DNA of 64,000 bases from Sporopachydermia quercuum. Lineage: Eukaryota. A program made the position numbers and the translations under genes. The stretch's first letter is position 1; the number at the start of each line of letters is the position of its first letter. The stretch lies in contig BCGN01000002.1 of NCBI GenBank assembly GCA_001599295.1, positions 1,488,001 to 1,552,000 on the forward strand. The letters run 5' to 3'. Positions 13,397 to 25,309 of the stretch are shown here, piece by piece. Under the pieces are notes generated by a model that worked only from the letters and a program-made list of their open reading frames with translations, did no database searches and had not been told where the DNA came from.

Positions 13397-16300
13397 TCAC
13401 ATCATGAACTGTTTTGACTTGGATTTGGAGCTTGGATTCACATTTGATTTCAGTTTCTGATTCTGAATTCCTCCTCGTCCTTTAACTCTGATCGTTGAAA
13501 CGTTTCCTTGTTTTGGTTTAGGAATTTGAGCATTTACAGTAGTGAAGTTAGCATGATTATTGGTATGGCTGTTGCCGTTATTGATATTGATATGATTAGC
13601 ATTGTCACTACTCATACTAGATGGATAAGCTCCTGTTGGTAATAATGATTCAATCGATACTGAACGGCTGTTGAAGACATTACCAGCCCCTGCACCTGGA
13701 CCTACATTAGAATGGCTAGCAGTATTAACAACCTTTGACGATNCTCCACTTAAAGGTGTTCCGATTGCTGATGCGGTTACCGACGTGAACTTATCATCAA
13801 GAGATTTCTCCATTAGTTGCTGAATACGCATTTCATTCTTGTCAATAACGGACAACAATATATCAACCTGAGACTGGAGCTGATTTATTTTATTCTGTTG
13901 CTTTTGATTGAAAGTAACTAGCTGATCTTTCAAGGTAAAAACAGGATCATTTAACAGTTCGTCAAGTTGACTTTTCTGTTGAGTCAATTTTTCATTGGCT
14001 GTCAGTTGGAATTCCAGGAATTTCTCTTCTGAATGTTTCAATTCTCGTTGTAGTATTTCTATTCGGAATAATAGCGAGTCTTTCTCATTACCTTCGCCTG
14101 AGGATGATTCCTGTTCTGCTCTTGGCTCATTCTCAATAGAGGTTCCTGTAGTTGATGCTGATTCTATTGCTTTTCCTTCACATTCTGCTTCTATTTCTCC
14201 TTCTCTTTCTCTTCTATCCGTATTGATTGGAATTTGCTGCGGNTGATTACTGATACTATTGAGCCTATCACCATCACCATTTCTACCATTCCTACCATTT
14301 TCTTGTTCTTCATATGCCACATCATCCTCAAACCTAGAAAGTTTTGTTTCTGTTATTCTCAGAGTATGTTTCAATCCCTTTAACTCTTCATTCAAATCCT
14401 TCAGCTCGTCCTCTCGTTGTTCTAATAACCCTGTCAATTCAACCTCTTTGTTCTTAGACGTTCGGTGCCTAGTTATCAGCTTGTCTTCATAACTTATTCT
14501 ATCTTTCTTATATCTATGGAATTCGTCTCTTAGTTTATTATAATCTGTAGATAGTTTGGTAATTTGAGTTTTCAGCAGTCTATTCGATAGAACAGAGTTA
14601 TGAACTAAAGATAATTCACGAGAGTCTTGGATTTGTTGTTCTTTCAGCTTTTTAATGAAATAACGGTTTAGTTGTTTGACATAAGTAGTGAATTCCAGTT
14701 CATTTCGCATTAATAATAGTTCTCGTTGATAGTAAATAACAGATGAGTTGTTGATGCTATCACGTGATGGTTTTATGGATAATTGATGTTGCTGTTGTTG
14801 TTCCTCCTCTATTGTAGCAGGCTTTTCATGGCCAGCATGAAGATTATTCGATGTTGTCCTCCGAACAGTATAGATTGGTGAAGTAGGAGCAGTAACATTA
14901 GTTGAGTTTTCATCATCTAATGAAAGCTTGGTAATTTCTCCTGATAATGAAGATATTTTCTTCAATTGCGGTGGTGGTGAGAGCGATGAATTGTATATAG
15001 GTACTGTATCAGCTTTGGAGAATAGATGACGATGATCTTCAAGCAAAGAGCCTATTTCTTTTGCTATAGAAGGACTTGTTGGATAAGTCAAAGGTTTTGG
15101 TGATAATGGTGATAACAATGATTGGGGTTCAGTTTCGGCTTCAGTTTCAGGTTCATTTCGGGTGTTAGGATGACTAGAATTGTTGTCATTATTAGTAATA
15201 TTAGAAGTGTTGATTGATGAGTAACCTTCATTTTGACGCTGTTGTTGCTGCTGTTGATCCAAGGCAATGGAGGCAAACGAGAATAGATCACCCAAATCCA
15301 AAGCAATACACTCGGCTGCGATGTCGTCGGCAGTTCCTGCATTCTCCCATCGTCTTTGATTGTTTAGCTCCTCTTCCGCATCCATAATTAGAAAATTAGG
15401 ATGGCAAATATGTCGTTTAAGCAGCTCTTTGGATTTTACTTTTATATTGTATGGATCCCATATCCCAAGCGATTCTGTATCTATGCCGTATTCATTCAAT
15501 TTGGTGATTGGGTCTTTCAGAAAGTGAATGAAATTAATAGGAAATAAACCATAGATGAAGGTGAATAATTTAGAGTAATCAGGTGTTGGTAATTCTCTTG
15601 TATCGAAAAATTTAGGCATGATTTCCCAGCCATCAACTGATTTTGTTAATGGTTTAAGTTCACTTGAGGTTACTGATTCGATAGCTGCGTTTGTCGAAAC
15701 TGATGATTTAAGGGAACCAGAAGACAAATGAGACTTAATAGAATCATTTGAATCCTGGGTAAGTCTAATGCTGTTACTATCTTCTTTATCGAAAACAGGA
15801 CTTTCATTTGCTTCTTTCCAGGAGATCATCCGACAATATCCAGCGTAGAATCTCGGTAGATACGTTGATAGTTTATTGCATATATGAGGCATAATCATAA
15901 CTAATGATGAGCTACAAATTTGAACAGCAGAACTACTCAAATCGTAGAGCAAGCATTTCAATAAATCGTCCAACAGATCAGTTTCTATTATTTGATATAT
16001 ATGTGGCGATTGCTTGGAAAGTACTCCCGATAGCAATGTCAATATTGCTAGTCTGTATATTGGCCGTCGTAAGTAAGGTGTAATAACCAAGAAGAAGTCC
16101 TTTGATTTCCGAGATCCAAAAGATACCAGCAGATTTCTTGTATTGAAGACAATGAATCTTTTCTGTTCTTCCAATCTGGAGTTTTCTTCTCCTTTGGCTG
16201 AATTGATTAAATCTGTCTTACTAACGTAAACCTCTAACAATTGTACTGCTACTCTTTCTGCTGCTTGTTTCTTCACTGCNTCGATTCTATCATCACCATA

Positions 16301-16696
16301 ATGTTTGTTATCTAGCAGTAGAGCTGATTGTATATACTGTCGTGAAGCCTCTACAGCGTCGTTTCTTCTCCCTGCTGAATCAACGGCTTTTGGGATAATT
16401 ATAGACGCCCAGTATGTTATTTGACTGATCTTTACAAAACACTTTCCCACTAAAACAAGACATTTGATGAATACAACTTCAAAGTCATAATTCGCTTTCA
16501 CGTATTTTGCATATAGTTTTTCCAGCTCCTCGCTCAATTTTGAGTCAAAACATACATCAAATGTATCATGTTTGTCGGTATATTCTTCAATATGTGACTG
16601 AATCTCTAATGGTATGTCGTTAGGATGGCTCCCTGGTGNGAACGAGGAGAACATGCCATCCAAGGCTCTGATTAAAGCCTTTGTTGACCCCACCAT
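13397..16696 (-). CDS. TSC1: Hamartin / tuberous sclerosis 1 homolog
   Basis: Hamartin core motifs LLKCLLYD, LVMIMPHI, LFTFIYGLFPINFIHFLKDP, H..HPNFL...AEEEL; 'YYQRELLLMRNELEF..Y' followed by a long coiled coil. Confidence 0.9.
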   Translation of the reverse strand: MVGSTKALIRALDGMFSSFXPGSHPNDIPLEIQSHIEEYTDKHDTFDVCFDSKLSEELEKLYAKYVKANYDFEVVFIKCLVLVGKCFVKISQITYWASIIIPKAVDSAGRRNDAVEASRQYIQSALLLDNKHYGDDRIXAVKKQAAERVAVQLLEVYVSKTDLINSAKGEENSRLEEQKRFIVFNTRNLLVSFGSRKSKDFFLVITPYLRRPIYRLAILTLLSGVLSKQSPHIYQIIETDLLDDLLKCLLYDLSSSAVQICSSSLVMIMPHICNKLSTYLPRFYAGYCRMISWKEANESPVFDKEDSNSIRLTQDSNDSIKSHLSSGSLKSSVSTNAAIESVTSSELKPLTKSVDGWEIMPKFFDTRELPTPDYSKLFTFIYGLFPINFIHFLKDPITKLNEYGIDTESLGIWDPYNIKVKSKELLKRHICHPNFLIMDAEEELNNQRRWENAGTADDIAAECIALDLGDLFSFASIALDQQQQQQRQNEGYSSINTSNITNNDNNSSHPNTRNEPETEAETEPQSLLSPLSPKPLTYPTSPSIAKEIGSLLEDHRHLFSKADTVPIYNSSLSPPPQLKKISSLSGEITKLSLDDENSTNVTAPTSPIYTVRRTTSNNLHAGHEKPATIEEEQQQQHQLSIKPSRDSINNSSVIYYQRELLLMRNELEFTTYVKQLNRYFIKKLKEQQIQDSRELSLVHNSVLSNRLLKTQITKLSTDYNKLRDEFHRYKKDRISYEDKLITRHRTSKNKEVELTGLLEQREDELKDLNEELKGLKHTLRITETKLSRFEDDVAYEEQENGRNGRNGDGDRLNSISNXPQQIPINTDRREREGEIEAECEGKAIESASTTGTSIENEPRAEQESSSGEGNEKDSLLFRIEILQRELKHSEEKFLEFQLTANEKLTQQKSQLDELLNDPVFTLKDQLVTFNQKQQNKINQLQSQVDILLSVIDKNEMRIQQLMEKSLDDKFTSVTASAIGTPLSGXSSKVVNTASHSNVGPGAGAGNVFNSRSVSIESLLPTGAYPSSMSSDNANHININNGNSHTNNHANFTTVNAQIPKPKQGNVSTIRVKGRGGIQNQKLKSNVNPSSKSKSKQFMM

Positions 16697-18084
16697 TTTC
16701 TGTCAATTGTTACTTTGACTAATGCTTTATGCGTAGAAATAAACAATCGTGGAGATTTGGTATACAGGTTATAATACACATTGTGAGCGATTATAAATAC
16801 ATATATAAATGAATAGAAGGTGATATTTAATGATAGGAAAAAGAGCCGCAAAGATGAAAAAAGAAATGTGAGANGATGAGGAAAGAAGGTGGAGGGGTCT
16901 GATATGGGACTATGGGGATAAGGTTGGAGATGAGAGAAAGTTTATTTGGGAAGAGTGGAGAGGAAATGGAAATGAAAATGGGGATGGGGATGGGAAATTG
17001 AGAAGCATTCTCTTGGTGCTAGCTTGTATTTTGGTGGATAAAGAAATAGAGAAAAGAAAGAAATTGAATATTAAAATTGGAGTCGTTGAGTGACAGCATG
17101 TGAGGTTTCCATTGGTGTTTGGTTTTGATGCTGGTTAGAGTAGAGAATAGAGTTTGTTTGTATGAAGGTACTATGCAGGTTTGATGCAGGAACTGAATAG
17201 CTTAAATGAGGTTACAAAATCGAACAATATGGAGTATTTGATATTCTTTGAATACTGTAAGCATTCTGTTTTATTTTAGTCCCACAGCTTTTAATCNCTC
17301 CTGTTTTCCTTCAAGTGATTGCTCAGTTGAGCATAGTTCTTCTAGTAAATAGAAGATTCTTTTTCATTTTACAATATAGATCATTTATAGTTAGATGCTC
17401 TGCAAATATGTGCATACCACTTTAACCTTATATGCCTCGCTACTCATTNGATCTCGCTTGCAGAATATGACAAGCTTCCCATCTTTATTACTATACGTAA
17501 GATTTAACAACAATTGAGCAAAGATTGTATTCATATGTATTCATATCACATTTTCCAAAATATTCAATATCAGAAATCAATGATAAAATTAAAAGAAAAC
17601 ACCTTATTACATTATAGATATCCCTATACTATATATAGTTTCTATTGACGTTCAGTATTTGCATAGTACNACAGATTCTTGTCTAACTTTAATCCATTAA
17701 TCAGCAACACTCAACTTTGCCTCTGCTGCTTTAGTTGATAGAATGATNTTTCACTCAAGAAGCCCAAGAAACCCAAGACATCCTTCATATGATTGTTCAT
17801 GGTTGAATGAAAAGAAACAATAATAATTGCTCTTCTCGGCAAACTGATGACTCTACACTACACCACTCTACAGTAAACACTCATAGCTAGAACGAAGTTG
17901 CAATGAATTATTTGGAACAAAATATAAAATATAATTCAGTCTTTACAGCTATTAGTGCTAATTCCTCATAAATAAGAATAAATTATAATAATATTATAAC
18001 AAGAATATAGGAATAGGAATAAAAAAATGATAATAAAAATAAGAGTAGTAGTTGCAAAGCAAACCTGAATCGACAGCATCTCCA

Positions 18085-21000
18085 TCATTCATTTGATCCA
18101 AGCTTTTCCTTTAATTCACGATTCTCGCCTTCTAAAATAATCAATTGTGATTGCAAGTCTTGAATCTTGATCTTCAATCTACCAGTAGCAGTATTGATAT
18201 CCTCGTCGAGAATAACACTATCATTGCCAGCATTATCATCGTTTGATGTTTGTTCATCCAATTGTGCTTGCAATTTGGAATTAGCCTCCTTCGTTCTATT
18301 CAATTCTTCTCTTGTTAGCATCAGGGCTTTACCGGTATTATTAACTGATGNAACTGTTTCCTTGAATCTTTCTTGTAGTGATGAGATTTCCTCCTTGAGT
18401 TGTTCAACTTCTTCATTATATGTTTGTTCTTTCTCTGAGCTTTCTCTTNCCAATTTTTCTAATTGAGCTTTCAGTTTCTCATTGTCTGAATGTAATGCTT
18501 GAACAGTATCTGATGTTAGAGTCTTTGCTTCTAATAATGAAGATCCTTGTTCACTGATGAGGACTTTCAGTTGTTCAATCTCGGACTGCAATGCTTTGTA
18601 ATCATCATTTGAGTCTTCCTCATCTTCTTCTCCGGCTTCATTATCATCATCATCTTCTTCTTCTTCTTCTTCAGATTCTGTCTCTTCCTCCAAGCCATCT
18701 GTACTCTTATTCTCTCCAATATCAGCATCGTCACCATTGAGTGCAGTTTCGTCTCTGCTNACTGGCTTTTCGTCTTCTCTATCGACTACAATCACGGACT
18801 CTTCTTCTTCTTCTGTTCTATCAATTACATCATTGGCATCCTCAAACTTCTGTTTTTTCACAGCATCAAATTCTTCAGTCTTGCCTGTAGCATCAACCAA
18901 TAGACTATCCACAGCAGCAACACTAGATACCTTCACACTCTTAGTTTTGGTCTTTTTATTCTTGCTTTTCAGCTTTCGTGGCTTACCACCCCATAATCTC
19001 ACAATTTCGTTGATGCCTTCAACTACTGACGTGTTCATTTCTTTACTAGTAGATTCATATAATTCCAAATCATCCTTCTGCTGTAGAAAATTCGTTTCGA
19101 GATCGAAATATCTGGTACGTAGTTCATCGTAGTCTTTCTTGAGAGTATTGAACTTATCATGAGTAAGAACTAGTTCAGACTTAGCAGAAGTGTATTTCAA
19201 CTCGGAGACATCTAAATGATCTCTTAATAGTTTTAATGAATCTATGTTTTCTTGAGCTAAAGGTGTCAGCTTGTCGACTTTACTAGTAGATTCCCTCAAT
19301 TGGCGTTTTAGTAAAGAGACTTCATTCTGTAGAGAAAGCTTCGCAATTTTCTCAGATAAGAAATCACTCTTTAAATCCATCAACTGAATAGGTACTGGTG
19401 TTGTATCAGATCCATTAGCAATAATAGCATCGTTATCATTTATATCCTTTGCATTGATATTCTTTTGACTATCAATATCTAATTTCAAGTTTTGAATATC
19501 TTGTTGAAGTTGATCTATCTGAGCAGTAATGGTATCATCTTCAGATGGTGATGCATTAGAATCAACAGCTCGCACCTTTGGTTGTTGATCTTGTTTTAAT
19601 TGAGATAATTCATCAAGAGCAGCATCACGCTCTTCTGATACTTCATTAATCTTCTCGCTTGCTTCTTTGGCTTGTGTGGACAAATCTTGCTGAAGATCTT
19701 CAAGCTCCTGTTTCATATCTTTGAATGCTGAAAGCAAAGTAGCATAGTTCTCCCCATTTGAAGCTGGGTTGTTCTTGGTTGTTTCTGTTTCGGTCTCTTC
19801 TTTTGGGTTTTGAACAATAATAGGGCTACTTCTGCTCCCCGAAGGCGCTTTACGATGGCCGATGGTTGTTCCACTAGCTGCGACAGCTCCTGCAACAGCA
19901 GCCCCGGCAGCTCCAGCAATTCCAGCGGTAGTCCCAACAGCGGTATTTGCAATTGGAGATACAGATTTCCCATAGCTTCGTTCATTATCTGCTGTCAAAC
20001 CNNNNGGTTTGACAGGTGATCGGACTTTAGGTACTTCTGAAGTATTAGGATCAACATCTAACGGCTTGTCCCTACTTCCATTCCCATCATTGACTGCAAG
20101 AAGATCATCAGCTTCATAAAGTGGTGTGATCTTCTCAACCAATCTAGTTGATTCATCGTTAATATCTAATGGCACATGTGCCGATGAAGGCAATTCAGGA
20201 GTCAATTCATTCTTCTCTGTTTCATCAGAATATACTAATGATTCAGTATCTAGCAGGTAAATAGCAGAACCGTTGATTTGGTTTCCATCGTCACTCTGCT
20301 CGACAGGATCTCCACCCATAATAAGAATCTTATCTTCATCAAAAACAGTAGCGGTATGTCCGGACTTTGGCTGAGGATTATTTGCAAGATTTCTGAATGT
20401 ATGCCAATGTAAAGTATCAAGATTTAAAACAGATAATGTTCCTAATTTAGTCTTTTGAGCAGTGATACCACCAAAGACGAACATTTGGCTGCCAACAACG
20501 CTAGCAGTATGTTCTTCGCAAGGAGGTGGTGGTATACCAATATATTGTAATTCCTCCCATTTGTTCTCACTCAAATCAAAACGCCATAAATCGTCAAAAC
20601 ATTGTTTGCCATCGGTACCGCCAAACAAATAAAACGCGCTTTTGTAAACAACCATACTGTGATTAGCTCTGGGTGGAGGTGACACACCATCTCTAGGAGA
20701 GATCCATTCCCAATGACAGTCTGGTTTTTGATATCTGGTGAGATCAAAAGTAATCAAATCCCCAAATACAGTGTTATCATCTTGGCCACCGAATAAATAA
20801 ATCATTGGATGACCGTTATCCGTTACTGATACTAATGAATGGCCATATCTACCTTCAGGTTTCTTGCCAATGGGATGTGGAATACGCCACACGTGAGTTG
20901 TGGTGTTGAAAAAGTATAGTTCATTGTCTAAGCCATCGGAAGCTCTTTCCTTTACTGTTACACCTCCAAAAACAATGAAAACGTTACCTAGTAAATCAGA

Positions 21001-22134
21001 AGCATGTCCTACTCTTGGAGAAGGTCCTTTCTCTGCAAAAGCGTCAGCTTGAACTTGTTCAATTTCCATAGTTGTGCTGTCTAGATACCAAACATCACCA
21101 CGAACAGTGCCATTGGATAAACCACCAATTAAGAAAATGTCACCTTCCTGCGAGATAGAAGCACAATGGTAAGTACGAGGAAATGGTGATTCTGCTAAGT
21201 GAATGACAGACCAAGCAGAGCTGCGTCCTTCATTTTCATTATTACCAGTCTCAACAGTCGTATGATATTCAGGTGAAATGTGAGGACTCGCTTGATTCAT
21301 ATGATCATTATAATTTGATGAAGCAATTCTAGGACCATATAAACGCGATGGCGATGTGGAAGAATGGTTATAAGTGTTGTAGCCATTGCCGTTGTTGCTG
21401 TTACCATTGTTGTTGTTATTATTATTATTATTATTATTACTTTGATGAACTTGGGACTCTTGAGAAGTAGTACCAGTAATAGCATTATAAGAAGAATTGG
21501 AGACGTAAGAAGCTCTGTAACTATTAGTATCATAATACTGAGTTTGGTCGGCTAATTGAGGAGTCATAGCATATGCACTATGNGGGCCATTTGACACCAT
21601 ATAGGGTGATCTTGTACTAAATGCACTGGATGTTGAAGCTGGTGTAGGAACATTAACGCCTGATTGGGGAGTTGCAATATGGGTGGTGGGATGTTGAGAT
21701 CTAGCACTATTGGTAGGATAAATAGTATCATAACGGAATGCTGGACCCACCTCAATATTGGCCAATTCATTTCTTGATCCTGTTGTTGCTGACGATACTG
21801 AAGTACCTGCTTTAATTCTTTCATCGGTCGTCGTATGAAAATGCTGCAATAAAGGATTATTTCCTGAATTGTTGATTCCTGGTGATTGTCCATTAGGATC
21901 ACTAAAATTGCGACCAGAATTATTATCTATATACGTGTTGGGTTGTCCATATGATACATTAGCATTGCTATCGGAAACATTTGGCAGTGAATTCAGGCTT
22001 GATAATCTCTTGCTCCGATCGGGAATAGAATTGAGATCATTGCTTGAAGAAATTGATTCTGATGTACTATCTTGATAACGATGCTTTTTATCTTTATCCT
22101 TCTTCTTAGACAATAGTTTTCCAAATCCTGCCAT
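18085..22134 (-). CDS. KEL1: Kelch-repeat cell-polarity protein (Kel1/Kel2/Tea1 family)
   Basis: Low-complexity N-terminus, kelch repeats (SPFPR, GPSPRVGHAS, KPEGRYGHS, PPPRANHS, PPPCEEHTAS, PQPKSGHTA) and C-terminal coiled coils. It is divergent from a TDA11-like gene, as YHR158C/YHR159W are. Confidence 0.85.
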   Translation of the reverse strand: MAGFGKLLSKKKDKDKKHRYQDSTSESISSSNDLNSIPDRSKRLSSLNSLPNVSDSNANVSYGQPNTYIDNNSGRNFSDPNGQSPGINNSGNNPLLQHFHTTTDERIKAGTSVSSATTGSRNELANIEVGPAFRYDTIYPTNSARSQHPTTHIATPQSGVNVPTPASTSSAFSTRSPYMVSNGXHSAYAMTPQLADQTQYYDTNSYRASYVSNSSYNAITGTTSQESQVHQSNNNNNNNNNNNGNSNNGNGYNTYNHSSTSPSRLYGPRIASSNYNDHMNQASPHISPEYHTTVETGNNENEGRSSAWSVIHLAESPFPRTYHCASISQEGDIFLIGGLSNGTVRGDVWYLDSTTMEIEQVQADAFAEKGPSPRVGHASDLLGNVFIVFGGVTVKERASDGLDNELYFFNTTTHVWRIPHPIGKKPEGRYGHSLVSVTDNGHPMIYLFGGQDDNTVFGDLITFDLTRYQKPDCHWEWISPRDGVSPPPRANHSMVVYKSAFYLFGGTDGKQCFDDLWRFDLSENKWEELQYIGIPPPPCEEHTASVVGSQMFVFGGITAQKTKLGTLSVLNLDTLHWHTFRNLANNPQPKSGHTATVFDEDKILIMGGDPVEQSDDGNQINGSAIYLLDTESLVYSDETEKNELTPELPSSAHVPLDINDESTRLVEKITPLYEADDLLAVNDGNGSRDKPLDVDPNTSEVPKVRSPVKXXGLTADNERSYGKSVSPIANTAVGTTAGIAGAAGAAVAGAVAASGTTIGHRKAPSGSRSSPIIVQNPKEETETETTKNNPASNGENYATLLSAFKDMKQELEDLQQDLSTQAKEASEKINEVSEERDAALDELSQLKQDQQPKVRAVDSNASPSEDDTITAQIDQLQQDIQNLKLDIDSQKNINAKDINDNDAIIANGSDTTPVPIQLMDLKSDFLSEKIAKLSLQNEVSLLKRQLRESTSKVDKLTPLAQENIDSLKLLRDHLDVSELKYTSAKSELVLTHDKFNTLKKDYDELRTRYFDLETNFLQQKDDLELYESTSKEMNTSVVEGINEIVRLWGGKPRKLKSKNKKTKTKSVKVSSVAAVDSLLVDATGKTEEFDAVKKQKFEDANDVIDRTEEEEESVIVVDREDEKPXSRDETALNGDDADIGENKSTDGLEEETESEEEEEEDDDDNEAGEEDEEDSNDDYKALQSEIEQLKVLISEQGSSLLEAKTLTSDTVQALHSDNEKLKAQLEKLXRESSEKEQTYNEEVEQLKEEISSLQERFKETVXSVNNTGKALMLTREELNRTKEANSKLQAQLDEQTSNDDNAGNDSVILDEDINTATGRLKIKIQDLQSQLIILEGENRELKEKLGSNE

Positions 22135-23971
22135 GGTTGAAAAGTGATTATCGAGATATCAATGGCCTGATGATTTGATAAATAGTTTTCTTCTCTCCAA
22201 AGCCGCAATTCAATTACTATTGATTGCCTTGATTTTTACTTGATGATTTGGTGTTGAAGCCTGAACAGTGGCCAACTTCCTTCGTGCTTTTCTGTTAATA
22301 CTTTGACTTGAATAATTAGATGTTTCGCTTATTCAATGTTATTAACTGTTTCATCTATCATTACTATTATATTAATTTTTTATTTTTTTTAATTTTGTTA
22401 ATAAGGAAATTTAATTATTCCTTAAAAGGAGACGATAAATATATTATTTTTATAATATCGATCACCATTATACGTTGGCATGATTTTGGTGGATCAAAAA
22501 TCAAAAATAGCAGCAAGGAAGACAATTGGAATTTACGAGTAATATCTATTTGTGGTTTATTAATTAGGCTCAAAGGTTCAGCAGTCGTTTTACCCTTTGG
22601 TTGGGCAGCTTCAGGCGATTTTAGGTTGAAGAAATCAAATGTTAATTTTGGCGAAATTTCCTAAAATGGAAGAAGGTAAAAGTATGGCTCAGTAGTAGAG
22701 GAGACGAATGAAAGGATGTGATGAGGAATAGAACGAACAAGAAGGTTGTGAGCTTGATATGGGAGAAAAGAATAAGATGGTAATTACATTACAATGTGTG
22801 GGAAATATTATTTTGGTGGGTTTAATGTTTTTAATAGGTTTGTTGGTTTTATTCCTTCTTACTGTTGTGTTGTCCAAAATGTGGCTTGGAATAACAGAAG
22901 CGGAAATTGATGCATTGATGGATATTAGGGTTTTGATGCATTGCATTACATTGCAATATATTAACTGTAATTTGATTTTTATTGTGTTAAGAGAATCCAG
23001 GTAGCAGCAAACTTAGTCATAGATACTTACAAAAGAAACCTGGACTTTTTTTTAACCCTTTTCTCAATCGTGATCTATGAATGTTGATGCATTTATATGC
23101 ATGTTTATGTATCCCACTGACTCAATTGGTTCATCGTCCGAAACTGTGACAAACCTCACTCTTTCGCAATTTCTTTATACAACAGAGCTCATTCTGTTCT
23201 CCTTTTCTTCGCTTGTTATTTATCTAGTATACTAATCTACAATACATATAATACGCTCTTACTTAGTCTCCAACATTTATTTGACGTTTGAACCATCAAA
23301 ATACCTTCGAGTACTCAACCTCAAAAACCTATTATACACAAATGAGTAATTAATCACTATTTCCCAATCCAGCAACAAGACGATGCAGAGTAAAAGTCGC
23401 GTTCACTCGCTCATCTGGTACATGTGATCGGATACGATATAAATTCCGATGAAGAGAATCGCGTTCCGACATGGTTCAAGGGATGGCTTATCGACAGTAG
23501 AATTATAATAAGAATGAGTTCGCTTCAGAGCAAAAGAACAGAAAATAAGGTGCGTTGAAGAGAAGATTTTTATTTGAAGAAACGAATATAAATATATTAA
23601 TTGCTTTTTTTTAACTGATACATATTAACGGGAATTTGCTTGGAAACCTTTGTTGTGTTTAGATAGACTTTGGTGTTGATCTGTAAAAGGGGGTCAAATA
23701 TATATGTATGGAAGGGGTTGAGAGAGGGAAGAAATCAGTTAGTTAATCCATTGCTTGCTCGCTTTGCTGAAAGGAAAATAGTTAGATATTTGAAAATCAA
23801 TTGCGGGAGTCTATGCAATATATACAATAACAGAGCTTTTCTGGTTTTGTCGAATAATAGCATTCCATTCTACATTCCACACTTCTCCGCAAGTTGAGAT
23901 AAGAACACTCGGACACCGTTTGATTGTTGTTCCACGAGATATTTGAATTTGAAAGTCAATTGGTCTTAGTG

Positions 23972-25309
23972 ATGGCGGAGAAAGAACCAGAACAACAAAT
24001 GACTAAGGAACAACCAACGAAACAACTACATGGCAAAACCTTTGGTCTGGCATCCGATTCACCATCGGGATGTTCAACCAGTAATTCGAATCTTAATCTG
24101 AATCCGAAAAAGGGACTTGGTTTCAATATTGCTAGCTATAGTTCTCCCAAGAGGTCGCTATCTAGATCACAATCAGTTTCGTTAGGATCGTCTGGTTCTT
24201 ATAGAAGTCTTAATTCCATGCTGAATGAACCAGGAAGTACGCCTATATCACAAAATAGATCAAAAAGAAGGCCATCGTTGGTGCTCTCTGAAGGTTCTTC
24301 ATTAAGTCCGGGAAAATCTCTGGAGAAACCTGTGACGCCAATCTCATCCAAGAAAAATCAGAATGTTACACATTTCCCCTCACCGCCTCTTTCATCACCT
24401 GAGGTGAACGGTAATCTATCTTCGAGAGGTATAGATGTTAATACACCTACTAGTACTAGATTAAGGCCCAAGCCAAGGAAGCTTTCTTCCTCAATATCAA
24501 TGAATAACATATCAGCCGTTACGAAGCCACAGTCAATTGAAACTCCATTACCGGGGCAGCAACCCATAAATGAAGATAAAATAAGAGAGTTAGCTGTTAA
24601 GGAAATGAAAATTTTAGATTTGAAACAACAGATAGAGACGTTGAATGCTCAATTGAAGCAAGAGGAGTTAGAAATGCATGAAATGAAATTAAGTATACGA
24701 CAAACGGTGATGAAGCAAACTTTGCAAATTCAACAACAGCAACAGCAACAGCAACAACAGCAGCAAGCACTAAAAGTAACAGAACCAGAGAAAAGTCCAA
24801 TCAAGTCTTCTGATATTCAATCAACAAATACCGAATCTTCAACAGTGATGGAACCTCTCTTATCACCAGTATCAGATGAAAAGCCTAGAGATAAAAGGTC
24901 CTCTTGGTTGGCTACATTGTCCAATCCTTTACATTTGTTAACTGAATTGGATATCATGTTAACCGACGGATCCGAACCAACACCAACAATCCCTGGTACC
25001 ACTTCGGTTAATACTTCAGACTCGAATCCCTTAACTGAGGAAAGTTATGTTGCCAATAATAATTCAACTAGTGAATCAACCACTAACAATACAGCAAACC
25101 AATCAATACCCAATCAGCAACAGTATCAATCGCTAGCGACAAAGCTTGGTTTCTCCTTAAGGTCTATTTACTCGGATTTGAAATCTTTAACTATTGAAGA
25201 AACTCCTGAACCAAAACCCAACTCTCTGAATAAAGATGGTGTTCCCGGTGTTGTTGCTTCCATGGCTTTAAAGTCTCGTGAGTCGTGTACTCTTCCCATA
25301 GATCCATAG
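23972..25309 (+). CDS. TDA11: Tda11-like (DUF4048-type) Ser/Pro-rich protein with a central coiled coil and poly-Gln; first ATG at 23972
   Basis: Coiled coil 'KIRELAVKEMKILDLKQQIETL..QLKQEE' resembles the Tda11 core. Position next to KEL1 matches S. cerevisiae synteny. Confidence 0.65.
   Translation: MAEKEPEQQMTKEQPTKQLHGKTFGLASDSPSGCSTSNSNLNLNPKKGLGFNIASYSSPKRSLSRSQSVSLGSSGSYRSLNSMLNEPGSTPISQNRSKRRPSLVLSEGSSLSPGKSLEKPVTPISSKKNQNVTHFPSPPLSSPEVNGNLSSRGIDVNTPTSTRLRPKPRKLSSSISMNNISAVTKPQSIETPLPGQQPINEDKIRELAVKEMKILDLKQQIETLNAQLKQEELEMHEMKLSIRQTVMKQTLQIQQQQQQQQQQQQALKVTEPEKSPIKSSDIQSTNTESSTVMEPLLSPVSDEKPRDKRSSWLATLSNPLHLLTELDIMLTDGSEPTPTIPGTTSVNTSDSNPLTEESYVANNNSTSESTTNNTANQSIPNQQQYQSLATKLGFSLRSIYSDLKSLTIEETPEPKPNSLNKDGVPGVVASMALKSRESCTLPIDP

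Noticed and set aside
22320..23897. Short hydrophobic ORFs between KEL1 and TDA11
   Set aside because: Composition reflects AT/T-rich promoter DNA; no motifs.
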